A stretch of 63,687 bases of DNA, filler included, from Octopus bimaculoides (taxonomy: Eukaryota), in NCBI RefSeq assembly GCF_001194135.2. It is 6 parts of 6 records of this genome, joined end to end, with 100 filler letters (N's around TTAATTAATTAA, not from the genome) between each part and the next. Parts side by side here need not be neighbours in the genome. Positions count along the whole stretch, not along the records: positions 48,713 to 59,459 come from NC_068985.1; positions 59,560 to 61,173 come from NC_069001.1; positions 61,274 to 62,472 come from NW_026341781.1; positions 62,573 to 63,687 come from NW_026429415.1; 2 more parts are not named here. The stretch is one strand, 5' to 3'. Positions within the stretch are counted from its first letter, which is position 1. Every line of letters begins with the position of its first letter. The notes under the pieces were generated by a model. The model ran no database searches, was not told the origin of the DNA, and saw nothing but the letters and a program-made list of their open reading frames with translations. Position numbers and translations under genes: made by a program. Shown here piece by piece: positions 51,401 to 63,687 of this stretch.

Positions 51401-51848
51401 ACATAATACGTTACAGTGTTATAATTTATACATTTCATTACTGTGTTAGGCAGGATGGTTTTGGTATGATACGTGCGTTTATAGTAGTTCACAAATCCAT
51501 TAGTGAGGATGGATATTTGGCTTATATTCGGGGAGTGGTTGGTAAAGAATGTAAAGAAACAAATATAAAGAATAAATGGCGAGGTCAGAATGGTTTTGAA
51601 TTTGTGTATGTATGTGGAATATATACATACATACATACATATANNNNNNNNNNNNNNNNNNNNNNNNNNNNNNNNNNNNNNNNNNNNNNNNNNNNNNNNN
51701 NNNNNNNNNNNNNNNNNNNNNNNNNNNNNNNNNNNNNNNNNNNNNNNNNNNNNNNNNNNNNNNNNATATATATATATATATATATATAAGTGGCAAATAT
51801 ACTTCACTTTATCGTGCAGTTACTGTTAATACCCTCGTTCAGAGATTT

Positions 51849-51887
<39 letters not shown>

Positions 51888-54011
51888 TTATATATATATA
51901 CACATATATATATTATACACGCAATGTATGTCTGGGCTGTGTAAACTATTATAAAGTGACGATCGTATTGCATCCTCTAAATTCACTGGTTAACTTAGAA
52001 ACCGTTCAAATAAGTTAGCAGATTGACAACAAATTCCCGCGGTGCGGATATTATTGACTAAAACTCTTGAAAGAAGTGCTGCAGCATTGCCATAGTTCAA
52101 AAACCAAACCTACAAAAGTATAAATAATGCGAGAGTAGATAAATAAATTTTTATGTCAAATACAGTATACAACAAATACCTCTCACATTCAACATGATAA
52201 ACGATTCAACAACAACGCATAGTGTGCATTAGTATTTAAACAGCGATTAAATAATTATCCACGTGAAGACACGTTTACCGCCTGCCTACCTTCATTAGCA
52301 GTAATGTGCGGCAGTAAAAGCTGTGGGAGATGTCTTTTCTGCTATAACCACAATATTATGTTGTGAGAATATTAACTTAGAAAGTATAAAGTTTGAACTT
52401 TTTGTAAGCGCAAAGTAAAAGTGTTCCCTACTGGTTCAGTGTATAGCAATTAGAATAAAATGGTATTTTTGATTAATTTAAAAATATATTAAAACTGAAC
52501 CTGTTGAAGCTTACTGAATGAGTATTTATTCTATGTGCTGAACGCATTATATCATATCTGCACAATTAACTCAAGAATCGTTCAATATGTTTTATTTTGT
52601 TCGTCTCTTGCTTTTCGTACTTTTCTAACGACAGTTCAAAATTATTTTTACTTTATAGGGGACTATTTTATAATTATGTGACATACAAGGTGCAGCAAAG
52701 ACGTCCCAGATTCAAAATGACAAACAACTCAACAGCAAACGCACAGCGTACGTTGTTGCTGAAAGAACGGTAAAACATTAGCTACATGACAGTATTTCTC
52801 AAGATAATTTTAAGCATAAATGAACAGGTTAAAACTGAAATCCAGAACTCAAACCGTGTCGGTTGCAAATTCAGTTCAAAGAGTGTTTATGATCCACATT
52901 TTGCTAATCAACTAAACATTAGTTAAGGCTGAAATTCGATTTGAATGTAAAACAGTGGAGACTATAATTAATTACTTTATTTACTGCAGAAATATAATTG
53001 AAGATATTTCATTACTTCTCACTGGTAGTATTGTAGAGCAACGAGAGTTTGTGTTTATGCAAGCACAAATTAGTGGAAGTTTGCGATATTAATTGGTTTA
53101 TCAACAATTACAAAGACTGGTACTAAGCACGTCGCGGTTACAGTCTTTATGTTTATCGATTATTGAACAAGTTGCCCCCCACACACACACACACACGCAC
53201 ACACATACACATGTATATGTATGTACGTATATGAATTTAAGATCCAGAGATCAAGGTGTAGGAAGAAAGTTAGCTTCGAGTAATCCTAGTAAATATAAAA
53301 ATTAACTTTCGAGAACAATAGTAGTTTATTGACACAGAAGGTTACAGATTATTTTTCGTTATCGAAGAACGATGAGCAAGAAAAAAACGTTCTTTTTATA
53401 TCCTAATGTAGGCGACCATGGTTGCCGAGTGTGCGGAAAAGAATACAAGCATTACGGAATGGAGTAGGAAAAACTCGGGCTACATATGTTTCATAGCGAG
53501 TGGAACCCCAAGAGTGATAAAATTCAAGCGAAGTGTATAATGCCAAGGATATCTTGATTAGATTAAGGATATCTTCAGGCCAAGAATATCTTGATAAAAT
53601 AAAAGGCTACATTGTAGCAAGGAAGTACATGTTGACACAGAAAGGATTCAATCAGAATGCGTGAGTATATAAATAAGCGTTAGATGAAGGGGGTAAAGAA
53701 AAGATAAAAAAAAAATAAATGAGTAATTAAAATAAACTAAACTATAGAGTGAGAGCAATGAGGATTTGGGCAGATCAGTAGTAGATAATATAGTAGTTTA
53801 GCTTAGTCACAAAATTCAATAGTGGGATTGACATTTGATGAGAAGATGGGGGGAAGAGTGTGGGGAAATATTTTTTGTCTTAGGGGAGAAAGAAAGTGTG
53901 TATGAACAAAGCAAAGTGGGGTGGGGGTTTGAAGCATGGCTAGTGGTTGATTGTAGGTGTTTTTAAATCTATTCTCAAAATAAAATTAATTAAAACCCCA
54001 ACCCGCTCTTG

Positions 54012-54045
<34 letters not shown>

Positions 54046-54207
54046 GGAACAAAAACAACACAATAAAGGACAATAAAACATCCGGACAGATAAACAGGAA
54101 AAACAAAGGCGGATAGGAAAAACAACAAATAGATGGACAGGAAAAGATAAAGGCCGGGGCATTCGTGGGCTTCTTTCATCTATCAATTTTTCTGACGGTC
54201 CTTACAG

Positions 54208-54256
54208 TTTCGAGCAGTTACACTTGAGACTGTTTGAATCTGGTTGGCCCCAAAAG
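54208..54256 (+). CDS. Candidate 49-nt internal exon (x)FEQLHLRLFESGWPQK, phase 2 to 0
   Basis: Acceptor tttttctgacggtccttacag with a CTGAC branch site, donor AAG|GTAAGC. Only one frame is open. Confidence 0.5.
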
Positions 54257-54589
54257 GTAAGCTATATCAGATTCGTTCCCGTTTTCCAGTTACCCTTATA
54301 GTTTAGATTGGTTGGATCATGAAAATGAATATGTACATCCTCTGATCCTCAAATATCTTTTCAGGCAAACTGTATATAAGACTACACTATATTATAAGGT
54401 CTATATATACAATTACATTCACACAGACACACGCATTTATATTTGGAAATGTATATATATATATATATCTACCACTCTTACAAATAGTACAATTAATAAC
54501 AACAATAGTAATAATAACAATGATGGTAATGATAACTTTAATAATACTAATGATCTAGACTTTTCTATCCACTTCTTTAACCTCTCCTC

Positions 54590-55060
54590 TGACAATATTA
54601 CCTCCTCCATTCCTCAACACAATCCCCAAAATTCACCTAATTGTAACTGCCGCCTTGGAACCCTCTGTCCGTTAAAAACCCATGCAGAAGATATAATGTA
54701 ATTTACAATTGCACTGTCGTTAATCTATAACACAACTCTACAGCCATATACATAGGATCAACCAAATGTTTTGAAGCAACGATATGCCGCTTACCTTCAT
54801 TCTTTTAGATACCATAAACATAGTAAATCTACAGCAGAACCACTACATACATCATCTCAAAAATACAAATATACCCTATGCTTAATCATGATCCATACTG
54901 GATTCAGGGCTTCCCTACCGAGGTCAACGCTCAACCTGCAAGCTTTGCCTGAAGGAGGCGCTTCACATTAAAGTACAACTCTCCAACACTGCTACATAAA
55001 CATAATGAGGCACTAAGCATATGCAACCACAGCCTTTTACACACATTCAAATTCTAACAC
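54590..55060 (+). pseudogene. Penelope-like GIY-YIG endonuclease remnant (second subfamily)
   Basis: CNCRLGTLCPL...NVIYNCTV...IYIGST...KQRYAAYLHSF, ILDSGLPY...CKLCLKEALHI, LLHKHNEALSICNH. Confidence 0.85.
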
Positions 55061-55071
55061 AAATATATAAA

Positions 55072-55140
55072 ATATCCAGGAAACAGCTGTAAGACTCTCT
55101 ATTTATAAATGTTCTGAAATCTTTCACAGCCTTGGATTTT
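55072..55140 (+). mobile_element. pLTR-like segment with HHR 3' half (GAAAC-AGCU-GUA)
   Basis: Directly after the GIY-YIG remnant. Homologous to 58750-58842 on the minus strand. Confidence 0.6.
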
Positions 55141-56684
55141 TATCGCATTCTGTTAATGTTTTCATACCTATACATACATATTTATATATACACACACATG
55201 TATATGCATGTGTGTGATGTGCGTGCGTATGTGTGTGTATATGTGTGTGTGTGTTTATAACATATAATTCACAGAACCTGAAACGTGTACAACGTGTATG
55301 TCTATGCAGTTATCTATTTGAAAAATCTTAGATTTGCGCTGGAGATAATGTGGAAATACCCTATTTTACACAGGGAAAAGATAAAAGAGTATTCTTTTTA
55401 CATATCTGCTTCAGGATTATTGTCCTTCTTCAGAGATGTTATAATATGTTCCCTCACCCCCCCCCGTCAACTTTGAATCAAAATCGCTATATATATAGCC
55501 GTAGATTGTACGAATGTCGCATGTACAACCGTTCTGTCTAGCGTGTAATATGTTATTTGATCACGTAGTAATTTAAATCATATATATTTACTAGTTGAAG
55601 ACCCCTTAATTGCCTGGCAATCTTTACAATAGAATATCTTATATAAATTTCTATTTATTCCATGTCAGAGCATGCCTTTCCCGACCAATAGGCCTCTTGA
55701 TCAGGACAGCTTCGTTGAGGATTTTTTTTCCTTTTCAAATAATTTACATGTTTGTTCGACCGTTTCACAATTGTATTCATTAAAACTTCAGACGTTCTTA
55801 CAACTTTGGTCGTCGTCGTACTTTGCTTTCGCTTGTTTAATAAAAATTCCTCCTAATGATTTTGCTTTTATTTCGTGATAGGCAGATATCATGTAGAAAA
55901 TGCTAGCTGTCATACAGCTGCCATGCAGAAATGACAGCTTGCAAATCCTGTTTTCTGATTAGGTAAAATTGATTAAACTAAGCGTCAGTAACATTTTCAA
56001 TAACAAATTCGGATTTAACATAGAAAGTTATTTCAATATACTAAATTTGAAAATGTTGACGTATTTTAAAATCTCAGAATATGTGACAACAACTGGGAAG
56101 ACCGTTCAAAAGTAGAGAGACAGACAGGTATAGGACATCACAAACACACACACGTACACGCGCACACACACATACAGTTACAAACGTACACACAAGTAAT
56201 CACGAGTATAAAATGATGTATAATAGACATGTATGCATGTATGTATGTATGTATGTATGTATATATGTTCGTATTCACATGTATGTGTGTGTGTGTGTCT
56301 GTATGTGAGTGTTTCTTTGCGATGAACAGCAGAAAAACCACCTACGCGTCTATCGTTAAAGATACGTATTCTTCACCCGCCTTTCAGTAAACGTGTTTGT
56401 GTGCTACATGTATATATTTACGAAAGTAAATCTATATATCTATATATGTACTTCAGCGTCCCTTGTATATGACAGCGGTAGTAACGTTTGCATCCCTTTG
56501 CTACCGCTGTTCTCTCATTCACTGATGTAAGTCACCCTCTCACCGTTATTACCTTTCCCCCAGACTAATACTTTTTACAGCCTTCTCATGTTATTATATT
56601 ATTCGCTCGACGCCCCTACGGGACACATTACTGATATTTATTGAAATCCAATAAGCCTATAATTGAAACGGATAATAGTGTAAC

Positions 56685-56773
56685 ATGTGTGCAAAGTTTC
56701 ATGAATATTGGTTCTCTGGTTTACGCACTAAAATAGTAACAGACAGACAGCAATTGCCATTTATATATATAGA
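56685..56773 (+). mobile_element. Helitron/Helentron (HINE/DINE-1-like) non-autonomous 3' end
   Basis: tgtgcaaagtttcatgaatattgg...acagacagacag...tttatatatatagat. A 10-bp hairpin acagcggtag/ctaccgctgt lies upstream near 56472-56510. Confidence 0.45.
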
Positions 56774-56932
56774 TATATTCAACTCTCTGCCAGCTTCACA
56801 ATCCATATGTCACTTTATATACATGCTTATGTTTATCGAAATGTATTGCATTATACCTCTCTTCCTCAATCATGAATTCAGTCAATGAATGTGGCTCTTT
56901 AGCAATAAAATATCGACATTATTGTATATATG

Positions 56933-57230
56933 TAGCACTTCATCGGTTACGACGACGAGGGTTCCAGTTGATCTTATCAACAGAACAGCCTGCTCGTGAA
57001 ATTAACGTGCATGTGGCTGAGCACTCCACAGACACGTGTGCCCTTTACGTAATTCTCAGAGAGATTCACCATGACACAGAGAGTGACAAGGTTAACCTTT
57101 TGAAATACAGCTACTACTCATTTTTGCCAGCTGAATGGACTGGATCAACGCGAAATAAAGTGTCTTGCTCAAGGACACAACGCGTCGCCCGGAATTGAAC
57201 TCACAACCTTGCTATCGTGAGCCAAGTGAT
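56933..57230 (-). mobile_element. SINE family B, near full length
   Basis: Head gtgagttcaattccgggcgacgcgttgtgtccttgagcaagacactt. Tail shared with 63456-63560. Confidence 0.9.
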
Positions 57231-57533
57231 ACTATTGTACACACACAAACACNNNNNNNNNNNNNNNNNNNNNNNNNNNNNNNNNNNNNNNNNNNNNNNN
57301 NNNNNNNNNNNNNNNNNNNNNNNNNNNNNNNNNNNNNNNNNNNNNNNNNNNNNNNNNNNNNNNNNNNNNNNNNNNNNNNNNNNNNNNNNNNNNNNNNNNN
57401 NNNNNNNNNNNNNNNNNNNNNNNNNNNNNNNNNNNNNNNNNNNNNNNNNNNNNNNNNNNNNNNNNNNNNNNNNNNNNNNNNNNNNNNNNNNNNNNNNNNN
57501 NNNNNNNNNNNNNNNNNNNNNNNNNNNNNNNNN

Positions 57534-57566
<33 letters not shown>

Positions 57567-57705
57567 GACTCACACACATATACATGCATATAATCACGTA
57601 TCACACATGCTCACGCTGATATATTGTTTCTGTATATGTTCCAGTACGTGGGTCTTTTGACTGAATGTCAGAGAGTACATGTATGTGTAGGTGGGTGTAT
57701 ATAGA

Positions 57706-57745
<40 letters not shown>

Positions 57746-58146
57746 TGTACGTATGCGCATGCATATACATACATATACTTCTATATGAGCATCCATAATT
57801 TTGTATACGTGTTTGTGTACGTGTTTGTGAATGCATACAGATAAGTTGTAGTGAAGTATGTGTAATTACGGTTATAAGGGTTTTTCTGCTCTCTAGTGTG
57901 TGTCTGTATATGTTTGCGTGTTGTATACCATCACTCTATTTATCAATCCATCTATCTGCAGTAACCATTAGAAGATACTCAGGAAAACAAGGATAGTCGC
58001 GTGTTTCTGTGATTGAAAATAAATATCCTTTGCTTCGTCATAGTTAACTCCGTCTTCCGTTTATCCTTGCATCTCATTTATTCTAACTATTCCTTCTCGA
58101 TTTCTAAACCTGTCTCTCTGTTTTTCTTTATTTCACTTCCTCCCAG

Positions 58147-58201
58147 CCTTCCTAAACATCAAACAAGAAGACATTATGCAAATGAGTTGATTGAACAGGA
58201 A
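58147..58201 (+). CDS. Candidate exon after a very strong acceptor
   Basis: ctgtctctctgtttttctttatttcacttcctcccag. Open frames are LPKHQTRRHYANELIEQE|gtacgc or FLNIKQEDIMQMS*. Confidence 0.35.
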
Positions 58202-58598
58202 GTACGCTGCCTTGAAATATTAACAGAGTAATTGTCATCCAATAGGATGTAATGCTTGCTTGAAATTTAAGAAAATCTTTCGTTGACCGTTGCGATGAGA
58301 AGGGAAATGTTCTTTATTTTGATACTCCAACTTATCATTTAGTTGCATTATTTAGTTACGTCTCATTAAGTTGTAAGTTCGAATCCCATTGAGAAAGATT
58401 TGTTTTCTGTCATTTTTAGTTTCGATACAATAGATGGTATCATCAAACTCATGTCACTTGCAAACAAAATTAAAAAATAGAAATATAAATTCCCTTCTCT
58501 ATTTAGAATTTATGACTTAATATTACAACGTGATTTCACAGAAAAACTTTAGGTTCATATTTGTGGGTGTCTTGTGAAAAATATACATTTATGCTTGC

Positions 58599-58655
<57 letters not shown>

Positions 58656-58665
58656 NNNNNNNNNN

Positions 58666-58736
<71 letters not shown>

Positions 58737-58796
58737 TTCGTAATGAGATAAAAAAACCAAGGCTGTGTAGATTTTAGAACGTTTAGAAATAGAAAG

Positions 58797-58842
58797 TCTT
58801 ACAGCTGTTTCCAGTTTATTTATTATATCCCTTCATCGGAGA
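58797..58842 (-). ncRNA. Degenerate hammerhead (CCGAUGA...GAAAC-AGCU-GUA)
   Basis: UCU-CCGAUGA-AGGGAUAU...CUG-GAAA-C-AGCU-G-UA-AGA. U4C and an eroded stem II. Confidence 0.45.
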
Positions 58843-59559
58843 TGATGTGAGAACATGGTTAAGCAATAGTTAATTTAGATTCGAAATAGACAGTGAAGTG
58901 GAGGAACGAAAATAGATGTGAGATATGCAGGGGTATTTTATCTGTAGATCCATTATTTAGGCAGAATGGTATACATATAAGATTCCAATGACTTATGAGT
59001 AAAATCCAATAGTCTTTAACATTGATCATTCTAACTATAGAGTTTATACACAGTGTTATTGAATCAAGGGTTTTATTTAAAGTGACCTAAAAGTAGGGGA
59101 TATATTAGTTATTGATACCACCACCGCTCATAACCTCTCTCTCTATATATATACATCACACATACCCCCCTACCTCCCTCCATACCAAACACATCCTCTT
59201 CCAACCCTACAAAAACCCTTTTTCCCCACAAAATAATCCAAACAAGACCCAACTCAACCATTCTCCTTCCATATGGACTAAAAGCATCATGAACCCCCTT
59301 ACACTTGCTATCATCCCCATCTCAATGCCGCTTACTCTCACACCAATAACAAACAAGGAATCCTACCCACACCTATGCATAAATCTCCCACCCAAGGTAC
59401 CCCATACCGTCCACCCAACAAACACCCACAATCATACCATTTTTTCTACAGATCTTCATNNNNNNNNNNNNNNNNNNNNNNNNNNNNNNNNNNNNNNNNN
59501 NNNTTAATTAATTAANNNNNNNNNNNNNNNNNNNNNNNNNNNNNNNNNNNNNNNNNNNN

Positions 59560-59903
59560 CGTGGCCGTTGCCAGTACCGTCTGACCGGCTTCCGTAGGAT
59601 TTTCGAGCGAGATCGTTGCCAGTACCCCTGGACTGGCTTATGCGGGTGGCACATAAAAGACACCATTTCAAGCGTGGCCGTTGCCAGTATCGCCTGACTG
59701 GCCTTCGTGCAGGTGACACATAAAAGCATCTACTACACTCTCTGAGTGGTTGGCGTTAGGAAGGGCATCCAGCTGTAGAAACTCTGCCAAATTTAGATTG
59801 GAGTCTGGTGTTGCCATCCGGTTTCACCAGTCCTCAGTCAAGTCGTCCAACCCATGCTAGCATGGAAAGCGGACGTTAAACAATGATGAGGATGATGATG
59901 ATG
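59560..59903 (+). mobile_element. SINE family D with internal tandem subrepeat and (GAT)n tail
   Basis: cgtggccgttgccagtacc x3, ggcgttaggaagggcatccagc, catgctagcatggaaagcggacgttaaac. Confidence 0.85.
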
Positions 59904-59957
59904 ATATATATAAACATATATATATAAACATATATTTGTGTGTATAGATATATACAT

Positions 59958-60356
59958 AGGCGCAGGCATGGCTATGTGGTAAGAAGCTTGCTTCCCAGCC
60001 ACATGGTTCTGAGTTCAGTCCCATTGCATGCCACCTTGGGCAAGCATATCTTCTACAATAGCCTTGGGCTGACCAAAGCCTTGCGAGTGAATTTGGTAGA
60101 TGGAAACTAAAAGAAACCTGTCATATATATATATATATATATGTATGTATATGTTTGCATGTCTGTGTTTGTACCCCGCACCATTGCTTGAAAACTGATG
60201 TTGGTGTGTTTACATCCCTGTAACATAGTGGTTCAGCAAAAGAGACTGATAGAATAAGTATTAGGCTTACAAAGAATAAGTCCTAGGGTTGATTTGTTCA
60301 ACTAAAGGTGGTGCTCCAGCATGGCTGCAGTCAGATGACTGAAACAATTAAAAAAA
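59958..60356 (+). mobile_element. SINE family A, full length
   Basis: ggcgcaggcatggctatgtggtaagaagc...gagttcagtccc head, central microsatellite, ggtgctccagcatggctgcagtc...gactgaaac tail. Confidence 0.9.
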
Positions 60357-61125
60357 ATAAAAGAAAGAATATGTATGTGTACACACACATATGCACATAA
60401 ATATAAAACAAGGTGGAAAAAATAGTACTCAAATACCGAAGGTAGAGCAACGTGCTTTTTTATTAAAGTTGATAAAACATCACAAAACTGCGATATTTTT
60501 CCAGCCTTAATAAAAAAAATTATATGTATGTGTATATATATGAGTGTGTGCATGTGTGCGTGGCACGTGCTTGTTTTGTTGGCTGGTCTGAGATGATGAC
60601 TAGTTGAGTTGATGAATGAAAACATGTTTCTTGGTCTGCATGGAAAAGTAACTGAATGACACCTGCAAACATTTAATAGAAGATTTTTATTATCACTCAT
60701 AAAGTCAAACTGCATTGGTCTTTTATTAATGACAACAGCAATAATTACACACTGGGAGAGAGATATTCTGCTTGAAGCTTACAGATGCAGCAACGTGGCT
60801 GGTTCAACATAACCAGATTCCTGTCTTATAATCCATTCTTTTCTATCATTTCTTTTTTCTCATTTTTTTTTTTATTCAGATATTTTACACTCCATTTACC
60901 AATAATCACGAGAGACAATTGAAGAAAACAATTTCGGAACCTTTCATTTGCACCAAATCCAAATCAGAAGAAGATTCTGCCAAGACCAAAAGCTGTGTAG
61001 ATTTCTTACCAAAACTTGAGAAGAATTTTGGAAACAATTCCACGTAAGAAGCAACATTTCCATTGTATGAAATTTCTATTTCTTCAACTAATTTCAGGGC
61101 AACAGGCACATGGCCAAATGTGTGT

Positions 61126-61162
<37 letters not shown>

Positions 61163-61883
61163 CATGTATGTATNNNNNNNNNNNNNNNNNNNNNNNNNNN
61201 NNNNNNNNNNNNNNNNNTTAATTAATTAANNNNNNNNNNNNNNNNNNNNNNNNNNNNNNNNNNNNNNNNNNNNCATGTATGTATATAATACATACATAAT
61301 ACAAAACAATATTAAAATATGAATCCAAAACCGAAGAAAACACAATCATGAGTGAAGAAAGGTAAATAAAATGTAAGGAAGAAAGAGCACATTACAAGGT
61401 TTATAAAAAATTTCAAACAATCAAAACAGAATCAAAATATTACTTTCAATAATAGTTTCCAATGAAATAAAACAGTTTTTACTTTCATTTAGCCCTTATT
61501 GCACTTGAATTTACACAAATTATGAAATATATTATTTATATTAAGCGTCTGTACAATAGGGCATTCATTACACATTAGACTGCTATAAAGGTGATAAAAT
61601 TAACATTTTTACTACTCCATATTTTTTTCAGTTTATTTTATTTTATTACATATATAACATGCATGTATATGATACATATATAATAGAAAACCATATTAAA
61701 ATACAAATCTAAATCTAAAACACAAACATGAGCAAAGAAAGAAAATGGAGAAAAAAGAGGAAGAAAGAAAGGAAAAAATATTGTGGAAAACAATTTAATT
61801 TCTTACATGATAATAAACTTTTAAGAAAAATCAAATCCTACTATATTATACTAAATATATCTACTCTGAGTCATAAAGAGCAA

Positions 61884-61920
61884 TTTTTTAATCCTGGGCA
61901 ATGCTAGAGATTCTGCTAGT
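61884..61920 (-). mobile_element. Possible Helitron-like terminus
   Basis: Reverse complement reads actagcagaatctctagcattgcccaggatt, resembling ACTAG plus short-hairpin termini. Confidence 0.3.
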
Positions 61921-62041
61921 GTATATGTGTATATGCATGTATGTGTGAATGTGTTATACATGCACATATATATTTATATACTGATGTGGTTTATACATAT
62001 GTGCGCGTGTTTGTATATGCATATATGTATTTGCACATGCA

Positions 62042-62077
<36 letters not shown>

Positions 62078-62245
62078 CAGAATTTGAGGAAACAATATCC
62101 GCGTAAGGGATTGCTAAACACAATCATGATGCCAACTGGGTTTAACCAAATATATTGATAGAAAGTTCCACAATATATATGTATGTATACATGTATATTG
62201 AGGAACTTTCTATCAATATATTTTATTGACTTTTTAAATTTTATG

Positions 62246-62276
<31 letters not shown>

Positions 62277-62277
62277 C

Positions 62278-62472
62278 ATCATCATCATCATCATCATCGT
62301 TTAACGTCCGCTTTCCATGCTAGCATGGGTTGGACGATTTGACTGAGGACTGGTGAAACCGGATGGCAACACCAGGCTCCAGTCCGATTTGGCAGAGTTT
62401 CTACAGCTGGATGCCCTTCCTAACGCCAACCACTCAGAGAGTGTAGTGGGTGCTTTTACGTGTCACCCGCAC
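62278..62472 (-). mobile_element. SINE family D, 3' part
   Basis: Near-identical reverse complement of about 59700-59903. Confidence 0.9.
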
Positions 62473-63161
62473 NNNNNNNNNNNNNNNNNNNNNNNNNNNN
62501 NNNNNNNNNNNNNNNNTTAATTAATTAANNNNNNNNNNNNNNNNNNNNNNNNNNNNNNNNNNNNNNNNNNNNAACCATGTGGTTGGTAAGCAAGCTACTT
62601 ACCACACAGCCACTTCTATGTATGTATGTATGTATGTATATAAAATTTATAATTGTATAGATGATTATATTTTTAAGGGTGCTGATTTACCACACCTACC
62701 CGCTAGAAACAGATGCCAAATGGCTCTAAAAACCACAATCACTACTCCATTAGCACAGGCTGTAGTCGGGCAGATGAAAAAATAAATAAAACCTCCAGAT
62801 CAATAGTATATTGAACGAATTCAAACCAAGCGTTATGAGACATCTGCCCGGTTACAACTTATGCTAATGGCGTAGTGAGGTGGTTTACAGCGCCATTTCG
62901 CATATATTTCTGTTGTGTAGGTGTAGTAAATCCACATACTTTAATATAATTATCTACATAATTATTAATTTAGTATAACACATTACCTACAACGCTTTTA
63001 TTTCATGCTAGCCACTGGATAAAATCATTAAAGTGATTTTATCCTTAATACTATATAAAGAATATATATATATATTACAAATTAAAAGGGTAAAGATTTA
63101 TCAATTTATGTTTGATATTTCACAATGATGGTGAAGCAAATGCTTGCTGATCCCTTAATTA

Positions 63162-63202
<41 letters not shown>

Positions 63203-63455
63203 GTACAAACACACGCACACACATGTTTATATATATATATATAAAAGAATACAAAAAATGGGACAAGAATGTATGTATGTATATATATATATATATATAT
63301 ATATCTTGATATACGTAATCACAGTTCCATTATATATAAGTCACTTCAGGGCCCTTGGTTCAGAAAGACGAAATTCCATGTGTATTGGATGTTTAACACG
63401 CCCATTTGAAGAACTTTTTTCCTCAGTTTGTTACTTTATATATATACATATATAT

Positions 63456-63558
63456 CGTGGCACTCCGTCGGTGACGACGACGAGGGTTCCAGTTGATCCG
63501 ATCAACGGAACAGCCTGCTCGTGAAATTAATGTGCAAGTGGCTGAGTACTCCACAGAC

Positions 63559-63560
<2 letters not shown>
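63456..63560 (-). mobile_element. SINE family B tail
   Basis: gacgacgagggttccagttgatccgatcaacggaacagcctgctcgtgaaattaa, as at 56945-57030. Confidence 0.85.
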
Positions 63561-63597
<37 letters not shown>

Positions 63598-63598
<1 letters not shown>

Positions 63599-63687
63599 TT
63601 GCTTGCTCCCAACCACATGACTCCGGGTTCAGTCCCACTGCGTGGCACCTTGGGCAAGTGTCTTCTACTATAGCCTCAGGCCGACCG
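63598..63687 (+). mobile_element. SINE family A head, cut by the window end
   Basis: cccaaccacatgactccgggttcagtcccactgcgtggcaccttgggcaagtgtcttctactatagcc. Confidence 0.85.

Noticed and set aside
53478-53581. Minus-strand CUGAAGA...GAAAC-AUAU-GUA-GCC
   Set aside because: Palindromic stem III and 3-bp stem I fit, but stem II opens with a U-U mismatch and the core lies in a local duplication. At best a decayed HHR.
59112-59459. C/A-rich 131-aa ORF, possibly a Penelope N-terminus (LLPYGLK)
   Set aside because: Compositionally biased, with only one weak motif. Ends at a gap.
62340-62370. CUGAGGA-CUGGU-GAAAC in SINE D
   Set aside because: No stem II and no NUH site. Coincidental SINE body sequence.
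18177-62528. TTAATTAATTAA repeated five times inside N gaps
   Set aside because: Always 44N+12+44N. It is an artificial six-frame-stop scaffolding linker, not biology.

Overview
AT-rich, microsatellite-dense eukaryotic DNA with many N gaps. The SINE, LINE and microsatellite content looks like a cephalopod draft assembly, probably octopus (inference, not a database hit). No long intact ORF exists, and most ORF-track entries are microsatellite or N read-through. Supportable content: four recurring SINE families, decayed LINE fragments (CR1, L1/Tx1, R4/Dong, HERO-like RLE, possibly RTE), Penelope-like GIY-YIG remnants, two halves of a maT/DD37D-like Tc1/mariner transposase, and candidate spliced exons on both strands, including a likely plus-strand first exon at 25750. 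The most interesting signal is a set of type I hammerhead ribozyme (HHR) motifs with tiny, mostly palindromic stem III loops. Three have an intact catalytic core (10862, 3988, 51296), two carry 80-100 nt stem II expansions, and several are linked to Penelope-like remnants or sit at the apex of long DNA palindromes. HHRs in Penelope-like elements are known in general, so any novelty lies in these variants and arrangements. All folding was done by eye and activity is untested.
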